From assembly GCA_018920315.1 (NCBI GenBank), contig JAHLMP010000001.1:4206-68205 (forward strand): a stretch of 64,000 bases of DNA, read 5' to 3'. Positions 9,992-19,843 of the stretch are shown piece by piece. A model generated the notes under the pieces. That model did no database searches and had not been told where the DNA came from. It saw only the letters and a program-made list of their open reading frames with translations. This DNA is from Candidatus Aenigmatarchaeota archaeon. GTDB taxonomy: Archaea > Aenigmatarchaeota > Aenigmatarchaeia > GW2011-AR5 > JAHLMP01. Numbering within the stretch: position 1 is the first letter of the stretch; every line of letters begins with the position of its first letter. The position numbers and the translations under genes were made by a program.

Positions 9992-10486
9992 TTGAAAAGA
10001 GTTGAAATTGCCATGAAAATTTATGAAAAGATTGCATTTTTGCTCAATCTTTGTTTACTAGTTTTAATAATAGTGAGATTTCTCAATCTTTGGAGTATTG
10101 CTTCATCTTTCCTCATAATAATGATTATAGTACTTCTATACAAAGTTGATTTTGATTTGAAAATAGAAACAATAGAAAAAAAGCTCGTGCAACTTTTTAA
10201 GATATCAGAACAACTTGAAAGGATTGCAAACAGGATTTTAGACATTAGGGAAGAAATAAGAATAGGACTTTATAGAATAGAAGAGGATTTCAATTCGAAG
10301 TTGGAGGAAAGAGAAAAAATTTTTATTGAAAAAATAAAAGCAAATGAAGAAAAGTTAGATAGCAATTATAGAGATATTGCAAAAAAGATAATAGACATAG
10401 AAAATAGAATGCATGATATAAAGAGCTCTTTGGCAAGCTATGTATCTTATGTAGAAGATTTGATAAAACATGAAAAGAAAGAGTGA
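9992..10486 (+). CDS. membrane-anchored coiled-coil protein, unknown function
   Basis: Two N-terminal hydrophobic helices followed by a heptad-rich charged region. The start is uncertain (ATG at 10013 possible). Confidence 0.5.
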   Translation: MKRVEIAMKIYEKIAFLLNLCLLVLIIVRFLNLWSIASSFLIIMIIVLLYKVDFDLKIETIEKKLVQLFKISEQLERIANRILDIREEIRIGLYRIEEDFNSKLEEREKIFIEKIKANEEKLDSNYRDIAKKIIDIENRMHDIKSSLASYVSYVEDLIKHEKKE

Positions 10487-10608
10487 ATGAAATGTTAATC
10501 AAGAGTTTATGAAAAAAGTTTATGAAAAATAGAGCATTTTTAATTTTTCAAATCTTTTTAAATTTTAATTTCGAGTTTTATTTATCGAATTTTAAAACCC
10601 CGATTGCA

Positions 10609-10628
10609 CTACCTAAAAGGTAGGAGGG
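10609..10628 (+). promoter_or_regulatory. leader hairpin overlapping the Shine-Dalgarno of rpl1
   Basis: ctacc-taaaa-ggtag hairpin (10609-10623) whose 3' arm runs into GGAGGG (10623-10628), 7 nt before ATG 10635. Confidence 0.3.
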
Positions 10629-10634
10629 AGTAAA

Positions 10635-11246
10635 ATGAAAATAGATGAAGCATTGAAAGAATTGGAAAGTAAAAAAAGAAATTTTGAACAAACTTATGAT
10701 TTGATAATAAACTTGAAAAACATAGACCTTTCTAAGCCAGAGAATAAGATAAAGAAAGAAATAGTACTTCCATATGGAAAGGGAAAGTCAGCAGCTGTTT
10801 GTGTGATTTCTGAGAAGAGAGGATTTACAAAAGAAAAGATTGAAGCGATTGGAAATAATAAGAAAGAAGCTAAAAAATTTGCAAAGAGTTATGACTTCTT
10901 TTTGGCAACTCCAACATTAATGCCAATCATAGGTAAAGCTTTAGGAAAATATCTTGCTCCAAAAAACAAAATGCCACAACCAATTCCGCCAAATGCTTCT
11001 GACGAAGAGATTGAAAAGATAGTAAAGATGAAAGAAAGAAGCGTAAGATTTGCATTAAGATCTGAGCTCAATATTCAAATACCTGTTGGAAAAGAAGGTA
11101 TGGAATTAGAGCATATAAAAAGTAATATAATATCTGCAGTAAAAGATGTTATAGCATCTCTTCCCAAAGGAAGAGCACAAATAAAAAATGTAATGATTAA
11201 AAAAACTATGACAAAACCAATAAAGATAGATTTGGATTTTATTTAG
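10635..11246 (+). CDS. rpl1: 50S ribosomal protein uL1
   Basis: Typical L1 pattern: FEQTYDLIINLKNIDLSKPENKIKKEIVLPYGKGK ... FLATPTLMPIIGKALGKYLAPKNKMP. Confidence 0.9.
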   Translation: MKIDEALKELESKKRNFEQTYDLIINLKNIDLSKPENKIKKEIVLPYGKGKSAAVCVISEKRGFTKEKIEAIGNNKKEAKKFAKSYDFFLATPTLMPIIGKALGKYLAPKNKMPQPIPPNASDEEIEKIVKMKERSVRFALRSELNIQIPVGKEGMELEHIKSNIISAVKDVIASLPKGRAQIKNVMIKKTMTKPIKIDLDFI

Positions 11247-11271
11247 TTTAGATTTTATTTAGTGATAAAAT

Positions 11272-12102
11272 ATGAAAAAAGCAGAAAAGATAAAGTTAGT
11301 AAACGAAATTAAGGGGATTGCAAAAAATTACAAAGTTGTCGGAATAACAAATCTTTATAAGCTTCCTACAAGCTCTTTTCAACAAATAAGAAAAATTTTA
11401 AAAGGAAATGCTATAATAAAAGTTGCTCCTAAAGCAGTAATAGAAAAGGTATTAGAAAGCAAAGAAGATTGGAAAGATATGAAAGAAAAGATAGAAGGTT
11501 ATCCTGCACTTATATTCTCAAATATGGACCCCTTCAAACTTTATAAGCTAATAGAAAAGAATAAAACACCTGCTCCTGCTAAAGCTGGTGACATAGCACC
11601 AAAGGATATTGAAGTAAAAGCTGGAAAAACAGATCTTGCACCAGGACCTGCTATTACTGCCCTCCAAAAATTGAAAATAAAAACTAAGGTAGAGGGAGGC
11701 AAGATTTCCATACTCTCAGATCAAATTATATGCAAAAAGGGTGATGTGATTACAGAAGATATCGCTTCTGTTCTAAATATGTTAAAAATAATGCCAATGG
11801 AGGTTGGTCTTAATGTTGTAGCTATTTGCGAAAACGGAATTGTTTATGATAAAGAAATTTTGCATATAGATGAAGAGGAAACAATAAAAAGAATTAGAAA
11901 TGCTGTTAAGGAGATGATAAACATTTCAATAAATACTTGGTATCCAACAAAAGAAACAATAGAGTTCTTGCTCATAAAGGCTTATACAGAGATGAAATCT
12001 CTAAGTATAAATGCAAAGATAATAACAAAAGAAACTATAGCAGAGTTATTGGCTTTGGGAGAAGCAGAAGCTACGGCTTTAAAATCTAAAATAAATATTT
12101 GA
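11272..12102 (+). CDS. rpl10: 50S ribosomal protein uL10 (acidic ribosomal protein P0)
   Basis: Follows rpl1, with P0-like length and pattern (KIKLVNEIKGIAKNYKVVGITNLYKLPTSSFQQIRKIL). No L12/P1 gene follows. Confidence 0.85.
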   Translation: MKKAEKIKLVNEIKGIAKNYKVVGITNLYKLPTSSFQQIRKILKGNAIIKVAPKAVIEKVLESKEDWKDMKEKIEGYPALIFSNMDPFKLYKLIEKNKTPAPAKAGDIAPKDIEVKAGKTDLAPGPAITALQKLKIKTKVEGGKISILSDQIICKKGDVITEDIASVLNMLKIMPMEVGLNVVAICENGIVYDKEILHIDEEETIKRIRNAVKEMINISINTWYPTKETIEFLLIKAYTEMKSLSINAKIITKETIAELLALGEAEATALKSKINI

Positions 12103-12171
12103 CCTTTTGAATGAGATAATTTCATATTTCTGACGTCTTTTGAGAATTGCTCGTACTCTTTTTAATCTAAC

Positions 12172-13992
12172 TCAATACTCTTCTATCGTAGATATATCCC
12201 CAACATCTAAGCCAAGTTCTCTTGCCTTGAGAACTCTTCTCGCTATTTTACCGCTTCTTGTTTTCGGTAATGAATTTACAAACTCTATCTCCCTTGGGTA
12301 AGCATGACCAGCAAGCTTATTTTTTACAAATTGCTTTATATCTTCCTCAAGCTCTTTGCTTGGATTATAGCCCTTTTTCAAAATTAAAAATGCTTTTATT
12401 ATCTCGCCTCTCAAAGGATCTGGCTTTCCTATTACAGCGGCCTCTGCAACTGCTTCATGAGCAACTAATGCTGACTCTACCTCAAAAGGTCCTACCCTCT
12501 CTCCACTTGTTTTTATTACATCATCAGCTCTTCCTACAAACCAAAAATATCCATCTTTATCTTTGTATGCCAAGTCACCTGTTATATACCAGCCTTTAAC
12601 AAAATAACTCTTATATTTTTCTTCATTCTTCCATATCTCCCTCATCATAGAAGGCCATGAAGGCTTTATTGCAAGGTTTCCGAGCTGATACTCTTTCAAA
12701 ACATTTCCTTTATCATCTACTATATCAGCTTTAATTCCAGGAATTGGCTTACCCATACTTCCGAGCTTTATTGGCATGCAAGGATAGTTAGCAATTAATA
12801 TTCCTCCTGTTTCTGTTTGCCACCAAGTATCATGGAAAGGTAAGCCAAATGCTTTTAGTCCCCATTTTATTGGTTCAGGATTTAATGGCTCTCCTACGCT
12901 ACAGAGATGACGAAGAGATGATAAGTCATATTTTTTATAGATTTCTTCTTCCTTTTCTAACATTCTTATTGCAGTAGGAGCTGTGTACCAAACGCTTACT
13001 CGATGCTTCTCTATTATAGAATACCATTTTTCAGCATTGAACCTTCCATTGTAAATGATTGATGTTGCCCCCAATGCAAAGTTTGCAAGAATTCCATACA
13101 TCGTGCCTGTAACCCATCCGTGATCTGCTGTACACCAATAAATATCTTCATCCTTTAGGTCAAGAACCCAATCTGCTGTTAACATGCCTACCAATAGAGC
13201 TTCGTGTGCATGTACAACGCCTTTCGGTTTTCCTGTGGTTCCAGAGGTATAAAGCATAAAGCAATAATCTTCTAAGCTTGTTTTAGGAATTTCGAAATAA
13301 GAAGATTTTGTCTTCATCTCCTCTTTATAATTTATTTCATGATACTTGCTTTCTTTATTAACATCACCATCTATATCTATTATATATTCTATATTTTTAG
13401 GCTCTGCTTCATAAATCCTTTTCTTAAGCTCACCATTTGTTACAATAAATCTAGCTTCGCTATCATCTAATCTATCCTTAAGCCCTTGCGAGCCAAAGGC
13501 AGCAAAAATGTTGCCTGCAATTCCTAGATTCTTTATTATTCCATAAAATGCAATATAAACCTCAGGAACTCTTGGCAAGAATATGAAGCATCTATCTTTC
13601 CTTTTTATTCCAAGATCTTTTAGCAAGTTTGCAAACCTATTGCTTAGCCTATATAAATCAAGAAATGATAGCTTTTCTATTTTTTCATTCTCATCTTCTA
13701 CTATTAAAGCTATTTTATTTTTTCTCCATGTTTTTATATGTTTATCTAATGCGATATATGCAGCATTCAAATTTTCGTGCTTAGAAAATTCTTTTATTGT
13801 TTTTTTCCAAGAGAATATTTTTCTTGTTTTTTCATAATCCTTAAGATTTGGCTCGAAAAATAATTTTTTCTTAAGAATTTCTTCTTCCATTCCCAATTTT
13901 TTTAGAGCAGATTTTTTCGTTTTTGATTTTTCAATTTTTATTTCCATTGATTTTTCTTCCTTTTTCATCATTTTCTTAGGCATTTTTATCAC
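12172..13992 (-). CDS. acs: AMP-forming acetyl-CoA/acyl-CoA synthetase
   Basis: AMP-binding signature MLYTSGTTGKPKGVVH, WWQTETGG, YITGDLAYKDKDGYFWFVGRADDVIKTSGERVGPFEVE, PKTRSGKIARR. The N-terminal ~40 codons may be an extension (internal Met candidates exist). Confidence 0.85.
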   Translation of the reverse strand: MIKMPKKMMKKEEKSMEIKIEKSKTKKSALKKLGMEEEILKKKLFFEPNLKDYEKTRKIFSWKKTIKEFSKHENLNAAYIALDKHIKTWRKNKIALIVEDENEKIEKLSFLDLYRLSNRFANLLKDLGIKRKDRCFIFLPRVPEVYIAFYGIIKNLGIAGNIFAAFGSQGLKDRLDDSEARFIVTNGELKKRIYEAEPKNIEYIIDIDGDVNKESKYHEINYKEEMKTKSSYFEIPKTSLEDYCFMLYTSGTTGKPKGVVHAHEALLVGMLTADWVLDLKDEDIYWCTADHGWVTGTMYGILANFALGATSIIYNGRFNAEKWYSIIEKHRVSVWYTAPTAIRMLEKEEEIYKKYDLSSLRHLCSVGEPLNPEPIKWGLKAFGLPFHDTWWQTETGGILIANYPCMPIKLGSMGKPIPGIKADIVDDKGNVLKEYQLGNLAIKPSWPSMMREIWKNEEKYKSYFVKGWYITGDLAYKDKDGYFWFVGRADDVIKTSGERVGPFEVESALVAHEAVAEAAVIGKPDPLRGEIIKAFLILKKGYNPSKELEEDIKQFVKNKLAGHAYPREIEFVNSLPKTRSGKIARRVLKARELGLDVGDISTIEEY

Positions 13993-13997
13993 GATGT

Positions 13998-14450
13998 TTA
14001 TTCTTTTGCGAGATTTATCTTTCTAAAAATTTCTTCTGTCAATTTATCTTTTAGCTCTTCTCTTTTATTTATTATATCTTTTACTCTATTTAACAATTCT
14101 TCCTCCTGACCTTCTAAATAATACCATATAGAATAGCCCTTTAAAATTCTTGGTAATTTGTATCTATTTATTTTAAATCCTCTCTCCTTCGCTACTAAAT
14201 ATATATCTGAATGCTTTGCGAATTCTTTATTTATCTCTATAATAGGAGATGGACCATTTGACTTTAAAAATTCATAGAATTTTGTTGCTATATCTTTTTT
14301 TGGCGTTCTCTTTTTAAAAATCCAAGTGTAGCAAGCTGAATAGCTTATTCCTAAAATACTTGCAATATCTTTTATGTTATAGCCTTTATTATAAAGCTCT
14401 ATCGCTTTTTTATAATTCTCTACATAGAAATTTTTTCCTTTTCTAAGCAT
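13998..14450 (-). CDS. helix-turn-helix DNA-binding protein, unknown function
   Basis: N-terminal HTH (YNIKDIASILGISYSACYTWIFKKR). I could not see a catalytic transposase region or flanking inverted repeats. Confidence 0.5.
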   Translation of the reverse strand: MLRKGKNFYVENYKKAIELYNKGYNIKDIASILGISYSACYTWIFKKRTPKKDIATKFYEFLKSNGPSPIIEINKEFAKHSDIYLVAKERGFKINRYKLPRILKGYSIWYYLEGQEEELLNRVKDIINKREELKDKLTEEIFRKINLAKE

Positions 14451-14549
14451 CTTGAAACACTTATTTATATTTTCATTTCATTATTATTTTCGATTTTCTT
14501 TATTTTAATTTTTCAAAAACTATAAGTTATTAAGTAATTCAGTTTTTAA

Positions 14550-14993
14550 GTGATCTCTATGTTGAACTTTCATAGCTTAGCAAATTACGCATTGTTGGAG
14601 AATATAGTTCTAATTATAATCGCCCTTTTACTAAGTAGCATAATAGGTTGGGAAAGAGAGAAAAGACATAAGCCAGCTGGGTTAAGAACTCATGTATTAG
14701 TTTGCATCTCTACATGTGCCTTAGTAATAATAACTAAAAATCATATTCCATATGACTATGCAAGAATAATTCAAGGAATAATTACTGGGATAGGTTTCAT
14801 TGGAGCAGGAAGTATAATAGCTCAGCGAAAGCAAGTAGTTGGTATAACAACTGCTGCAAGCATTTTATTTGTTGCTGTCTTAGGAATAATAATTGGGCTA
14901 GGAGAAGTTTTACTTGCAATTTTTATAACAATTCTCTCATTTTTAATATTGAAATACTTTCGATTATTAGAAAAAAGAATTGAAGAAGAATAA
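14550..14993 (+). CDS. MgtC/SapB-family membrane protein
   Basis: GWEREKRHKPAGLRTHVLVCISTCALVII and GIGFIGAGSII are typical of the MgtC family. 4-5 TM helices. Confidence 0.75.
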   Translation: MISMLNFHSLANYALLENIVLIIIALLLSSIIGWEREKRHKPAGLRTHVLVCISTCALVIITKNHIPYDYARIIQGIITGIGFIGAGSIIAQRKQVVGITTAASILFVAVLGIIIGLGEVLLAIFITILSFLILKYFRLLEKRIEEE

Positions 14994-15062
14994 AGAATTA
15001 AACGAATATTTAATGAAGATAGAATTAAATGATTGGAATGAATTTAAATTAAGTGAATTTAT

Positions 15063-16157
15063 ATGAAGCTTGCGAATATGCACTTTGATGCAGATGAGAT
15101 TGGCCCAGAGCTTGTTGTTGAAGTTTATAATAAAAAAATTGGTCTGAAAGGAATATTGATAATAGATAATACGAAAAGGGGCGTGGCAAAAGGAGGAATA
15201 AGAATGACTTCAAGCGCTACTGTCGAAGAGATTTTCAGATTGGCAAGGGCGATGACATTTAAAAATGCTTTGGCAGATCTTCCTTTCGGGGGAGGAAAAT
15301 CCGGCATAGTTTCTGATACAAAGAATAAAGAAGAGAAAAGATTGTTAATTCAAGGTTTTGCAAGAGCAATAAAAGAACTTTGCCCTTCTCGATATATAGC
15401 TGGTCCAGATGTTAACACTGGAGAAGAAGAGATGAGATGGTTTGCAGAAGCAAATGGATGTTTAGACTCTTGCACAGGAAAGCCTAAGGAGCTTGGAGGC
15501 TTGCCACATGAACTTGGTTCTACTGGCTTTGGAGTTGCGCAAGCTACACTAATTGCTCTTGATTTCATAAAATTAGATGTAAATAATACTAAAGTTGCTA
15601 TCGATGGCTTTGGTAATGTCGGTAGCTTTACTGCAAAATTTCTCTACGAGGAAGGAGCAAAGATTATAGCGGTTAGCGATAGCAAGGGATGTATTTATAA
15701 TCCTAAAGGATTAGATGTGGAAAAACTTTTAGATGTTAAAAGCAAGACAGGAAGTGTAATAAATTATCGTGAGGGAAAGGCTATATCCCGTGAGAATATA
15801 TTTGAAATTTATTGTGACGTGTTAATTCCTGCGTCTCTTTCAGATGTGATTAATGAAAGCAATTATGAAAACATAAAAGCAAAAATAATAGTTGAAGCTG
15901 CAAACATACCTATGAGAGAGCACATAGAGAAAAGATTGTTTGAAAGGGGTATAGTAATAATTCCTGACATTATTGCAAATGCTGGAGGAGTTATCTCTTC
16001 TTATGCCGAGTATAAAAAAATGGATGAGCAAGAGATGTTCAATTTAGTAAAGGAAAAAATTGTTAAAAATACAAAGCTTATACTTGAAAGAAGCTTTGAG
16101 AAACAAATGAATACAAGAGACGTTGCGATGGAAATAGCAAAAGAGAGAATATTATGA
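15063..16157 (+). CDS. Glu/Leu/Phe/Val dehydrogenase family protein (short-form glutamate dehydrogenase-like)
   Basis: KGGIRM, catalytic-Lys motif LPFGGGKSGI, Rossmann motif DGFGNVGS. Confidence 0.8.
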   Translation: MKLANMHFDADEIGPELVVEVYNKKIGLKGILIIDNTKRGVAKGGIRMTSSATVEEIFRLARAMTFKNALADLPFGGGKSGIVSDTKNKEEKRLLIQGFARAIKELCPSRYIAGPDVNTGEEEMRWFAEANGCLDSCTGKPKELGGLPHELGSTGFGVAQATLIALDFIKLDVNNTKVAIDGFGNVGSFTAKFLYEEGAKIIAVSDSKGCIYNPKGLDVEKLLDVKSKTGSVINYREGKAISRENIFEIYCDVLIPASLSDVINESNYENIKAKIIVEAANIPMREHIEKRLFERGIVIIPDIIANAGGVISSYAEYKKMDEQEMFNLVKEKIVKNTKLILERSFEKQMNTRDVAMEIAKERIL

Positions 16158-16213
16158 TGGTTGAATACTCTATTCTTTCAATTGTTTAAAACATTCTTGT
16201 TAATTTTAAATTT

Positions 16214-17146
16214 ATGCATAAAATAAATCTTCCTCGATTTTTTATATATAGATATAGGAAAATTTTGGGAAAAGAGGTAAAAAAGCTTGTAGAATATTCA
16301 TTAAAACCATTGAGAAAAAGTATAAGGATTAACACTCTAAAAATCTCTAGAGAGAATTGCTTAAAATTACTTTCTGCTCGCTCTTGGGAGCTTCAACAGA
16401 TTCCTTGGTATGAAAATGGTTTTTGGGTTTTGAATAGAAATGAAGAGCAGGTTGGAAATACCCTTGAACATTTTATGGGCTATTTTTATGTGCAAGAAGC
16501 GTCTTCCATGATTCCTCCTATTGTTTTAGAACCAAAAGAGGACGATTTTATTCTTGATGTTGCAGCATCTCCTGGCTCTAAAACTACGCAGATTGCAGAA
16601 ATGATGAAGAACAAGGGTTGTATAATAGCTAACGATGTTAGCCTTGATAGAATAAAGATTTTGAGATTTAATTTAGAAAAATGTGGTGTTATGAATACTA
16701 TTGTTACAAAAATGGATGGTAGATTATTCAAAAAATTCAAAGAAAGATTTGACAAAATTTTGTTAGATGCTCCTTGCTCTTCAGAAGGAGTGATAAGAAA
16801 AGATTGGAAGGTTATCTCAAGATGGAGCTTAAATATAATTCAGCGCATGTCCTTGCTTCAAAAAGAATTAATTTCTTCAGCAATAATAGCTTTAAAAAAA
16901 GGGGGTGTTTTAGTTTATTCTACTTGCACGATGGCTCCAGAAGAAAATGAAGAGGTTATTGATTATGCTATAAAAAATTTCGATGTCGAAATAGAAAAAC
17001 CAAAAATTCAAGGACTTAAATATAGAGAGGGTATTACAGAGTGGGAAGAAAAGAAGTTTGATCCGAGAGTTAAAAATTCTATTAGAATATGGCCACAAGA
17101 CAACGATACAGAAGGATTTTTTATAGCAAAATTAGTGAAAAGGTGA
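16214..17146 (+). CDS. NOL1/NOP2/Sun-family RNA m5C methyltransferase (RsmF/Trm4-like catalytic domain)
   Basis: FYVQEASSMIPP, LDVAASPGSKTTQIA, ILLDAPCSSEGVIRKD, LVYSTCTMAPEENE (both catalytic Cys motifs). Confidence 0.85.
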   Translation: MHKINLPRFFIYRYRKILGKEVKKLVEYSLKPLRKSIRINTLKISRENCLKLLSARSWELQQIPWYENGFWVLNRNEEQVGNTLEHFMGYFYVQEASSMIPPIVLEPKEDDFILDVAASPGSKTTQIAEMMKNKGCIIANDVSLDRIKILRFNLEKCGVMNTIVTKMDGRLFKKFKERFDKILLDAPCSSEGVIRKDWKVISRWSLNIIQRMSLLQKELISSAIIALKKGGVLVYSTCTMAPEENEEVIDYAIKNFDVEIEKPKIQGLKYREGITEWEEKKFDPRVKNSIRIWPQDNDTEGFFIAKLVKR

Positions 17147-17153
17147 TTCATCA

Positions 17154-17615
17154 ATGAATATTAGAAAAATGAACGAAGAGGAGGTTAACAACTTGTTGAA
17201 ATATTTTGAAGAGCGATTTGGAATAAAAAAGGAGGTTTTTGATGAATATAATTTTTATAAAACTAGTAAAAAGGTTTGGATTGCAAACAAAAGTTTAGAG
17301 AGCGTGAAGTTGGAGAAAATATATTTAGAGTCCTTAGGAATGCATTTTGCAACTATTAACAAAAAAAGAAAAATTTTTAAAATTTCTACAGACGCTTCAC
17401 AAATATTTGGAAAGCAAGCAACAAAGAATATAGTAGAGATTACTGATGAAAAGCTAATCGATGTTCTTCGTGGCTTTGATTTAATAAATTTTGAAAGCGA
17501 AGCAGAAGATGGCTATGTTTTACTAAAATATAAAGAGCATATTCTTGGAGTTGGCCTTAAAAATAAAAATTTCATAAAGAACATGATACCAAAAGAAAGA
17601 AGATTAAAGACATAA
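17154..17615 (+). CDS. stand-alone PUA-like RNA-binding domain of the RsmF C-terminal type
   Basis: Lies 8 nt downstream of the methyltransferase. GYVLLKYKEHILGVGLKNKNFIKNMIPKERR resembles the C-terminal signature (G-x-lKN-x-yPK-x-lR) of RsmF-type enzymes, where it is normally fused. Confidence 0.55.
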   Translation: MNIRKMNEEEVNNLLKYFEERFGIKKEVFDEYNFYKTSKKVWIANKSLESVKLEKIYLESLGMHFATINKKRKIFKISTDASQIFGKQATKNIVEITDEKLIDVLRGFDLINFESEAEDGYVLLKYKEHILGVGLKNKNFIKNMIPKERRLKT

Positions 17616-17970
17616 TGAATTTTAGCTATATCTTCGATAAAAATCTTTTTTAATACTTTACTCAATGGAAAATTATAACCCGCGTATTGAAGAATCTTCG
17701 ATATATTTCATTGTTGTTATTGGTTGTATTACAGAAGATTCTATAAGAAGAAGTTATGAGTTGTTAAGAGAGAAATGAGTAAGCGATGAAGAGATCTCAT
17801 CACATCCATATTTGCTTGAAATGCTTCCTTAAGCCATTGAAGAAAGATGGAAATTTTTGAAAAGGATTGTATTTTACAATGAGAATATACAAAAGCATCC
17901 ATAGAGAATATAGCAAAGCACCTTTTGCTTTAAAGAGCTTTTAAAATCTTATGATAAACTCGAGTTTGTA

Positions 17971-18534
17971 TTACCTTTTCTTTTTAATATCATTTTTTAT
18001 TCTTTCTATTTCACTTCTTACTTTTTTCTTGAATTCCTTTATTTCAGGAGGTATCTTCGAGGAAGTTAGTCTTGGAATTCTATTAATATAGTTTTCAATT
18101 CTTGAGAAAACGGCTCTTGCAGCAGAGTAATCTCCTCTTTTTAAAACTTCGTAAACGGTTTTGAGCTCATGCTCTGCACACATCATATAAGCACGTGATC
18201 TTAACTCATCTATTTTAGATGAATATATTTTGACATCTCTGTTTCCAAGCTCTTTTAATTTATTTAAATACATATCAGCATTATCTAATAATGAGACAGC
18301 GCTATATCCCATCTTCGCTAGCACACATTCTTCTACATCTCTAATTGTAGATTCTAATGCAAGTGAATATACCTTTAATTCAAGATCAAGAATCTTTTCA
18401 TAATAGAGCTGTTCGATGATAGAATCTTTCAAAAAACTTAAGTTGAGTAGCGCTCTTCGATAATCTCCTTTTTTGATTGCATCTTCTATTCTTGTTATCG
18501 CATCTTCTTCTTTTATACCTTCTTCATATTTCAT
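17971..18534 (-). CDS. hypothetical all-helical protein
   Basis: 187-aa ORF with coding-like composition and no recognisable motif. Confidence 0.5.
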   Translation of the reverse strand: MKYEEGIKEEDAITRIEDAIKKGDYRRALLNLSFLKDSIIEQLYYEKILDLELKVYSLALESTIRDVEECVLAKMGYSAVSLLDNADMYLNKLKELGNRDVKIYSSKIDELRSRAYMMCAEHELKTVYEVLKRGDYSAARAVFSRIENYINRIPRLTSSKIPPEIKEFKKKVRSEIERIKNDIKKKR

Positions 18535-18662
18535 AATTATTTTTAAAATAAATAACGAATTAAAATTCTATTTGTTTGTTAAACTCTATTTTTGGGTCTT
18601 CTCAATCGCTTCATTCCAAAATCTTTGCTAATCTTTAAAGCATAAAATTTATTATTATTTTT

Positions 18663-19376
18663 ATGGGCTATTATGACATGCACATAGAGATAAAGGAAAA
18701 TTTAGAGGAAGTTGTAAAATTTGCAAAGATGTTAGAGTATGCAGGAATTCTTATTGCATTAAATGAGCATGAGATTAACAATGAATATGAAATTAAAAAA
18801 ATTGAGAATCTGAAAAAATTAGCTATAGAAAATGGAATAGATATAATAATTGGATTATTAATAAAACCAAAAAATAAAGAGGAATTAAAAAGAGTTCTCG
18901 ACGAATTTAGAAAAAAGGTAGAGATTATTACTGTTGCTGGAGGAATTTATGAGATTAATCGTGCTGCCTGCGAAGATTCTCGTGTAGATATTTTGTATCA
19001 TCCAGAGCTTGGAAGAAATGACTCTGGCTTAGATCATATTTGTATTAAAGCTGCAAGCGAAAATAATGTTGCCATAGAAATAAATTTTAATGAAATATTG
19101 CAAGCAAAAAATAGACCAAAGATCTTGACTTTTATGAGAAGAAATGTAAAGCTTTGTAAAAAATATGGAGCAAATGTAATAATAACAAGTGGTGCTAAAA
19201 ATAAATGGGAGATGAGAGCTCCAAGAGAGCTTGCATCAATAGGCTATGTACTTGGCTTGGATTTGAAAACTGCTATAGATTCTGTTTCGATTATTCCTGA
19301 AAATATAATAAAAACTAATAGAGAAAAACTAAATGGAAGATTAATAAAAAATGTAAGAATAGTTGATGAATTTTAA
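18663..19376 (+). CDS. rnp3: RNase P protein component 3 (Rpp30/PHP-fold)
   Basis: Length and pattern (DILYHPE ..., IEINFNEIL ..., VIITSGA) fit Rpp30. Adjacent to Pop5. Confidence 0.7.
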   Translation: MGYYDMHIEIKENLEEVVKFAKMLEYAGILIALNEHEINNEYEIKKIENLKKLAIENGIDIIIGLLIKPKNKEELKRVLDEFRKKVEIITVAGGIYEINRAACEDSRVDILYHPELGRNDSGLDHICIKAASENNVAIEINFNEILQAKNRPKILTFMRRNVKLCKKYGANVIITSGAKNKWEMRAPRELASIGYVLGLDLKTAIDSVSIIPENIIKTNREKLNGRLIKNVRIVDEF

Positions 19377-19412
19377 ATTAGAAAAATTTAATCTTATAAT
19401 AAAGGTGAAGAG

Positions 19413-19811
19413 ATGGAAAAACCTAAAACTTTGCCTCCAGTGTTAAGAGAAAATGAGAGGTATATAGTGTTTGAGATAATAACAGAGGAAGATATAGAAT
19501 ATGAAGAGTTTACAAAAGCGTTGTGGCTTGCGTGCTTATCTTTTTTAGGAGAGCTTTACACATCTGAAGCAGAGATAAAAATAATAAAAAATCTTTACAA
19601 TCCAAGAACAAAACAAGGTGTAATAAAGTGTCGTTATGATATGACAGAATTTGTTAGAGCATCTCTTGCATTAATAAATAAAATTGGAAATAAAGATGCA
19701 ATTGTAAAAGTTTTGGGAATTACAGGAACCATAAGCTCTGCAAAAAGAAAATATTTAGGATTTACTGAGTTAGAATCTTTTTGGAAGGAAGAAGGTAAAA
19801 GTGTTGCATAA
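19413..19811 (+). CDS. rnp2: RNase P protein component 2 (Pop5)
   Basis: LPPVLRENERYIVFEII ... VLGITGTISSAKRKYL fits the archaeal Pop5 pattern and pairs with Rpp30. Confidence 0.7.
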   Translation: MEKPKTLPPVLRENERYIVFEIITEEDIEYEEFTKALWLACLSFLGELYTSEAEIKIIKNLYNPRTKQGVIKCRYDMTEFVRASLALINKIGNKDAIVKVLGITGTISSAKRKYLGFTELESFWKEEGKSVA

Positions 19812-19843
19812 TTTAAAATACATACTTTGTGAGAAAATGATCG

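Noticed and set aside
9900-10037. N-terminal 46 codons of the track ORF 9066..10037
   Set aside because: The extension is hydrophobic and low quality, and it overlaps the divergent ORF starting near 9992-10013. ATG at 9899 gives a normal agmatinase N-terminus.
13998-14450. HTH protein as a possible IS/transposase remnant
   Set aside because: Only an N-terminal HTH is recognisable. There is no DDE or other catalytic region, and I saw no terminal inverted repeats or target duplication.
17741-17902. 53-aa minus-strand ORF (MDAFVYSHCKIQSFSKISIFLQWLKEAFQANMDVMRSLHRLLISLLTTHNFFL) in the 350-nt spacer 17616-17970
   Set aside because: I could find no motif, no upstream signal and no way to judge conservation. 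It might be a gene remnant, but support is insufficient to call it.
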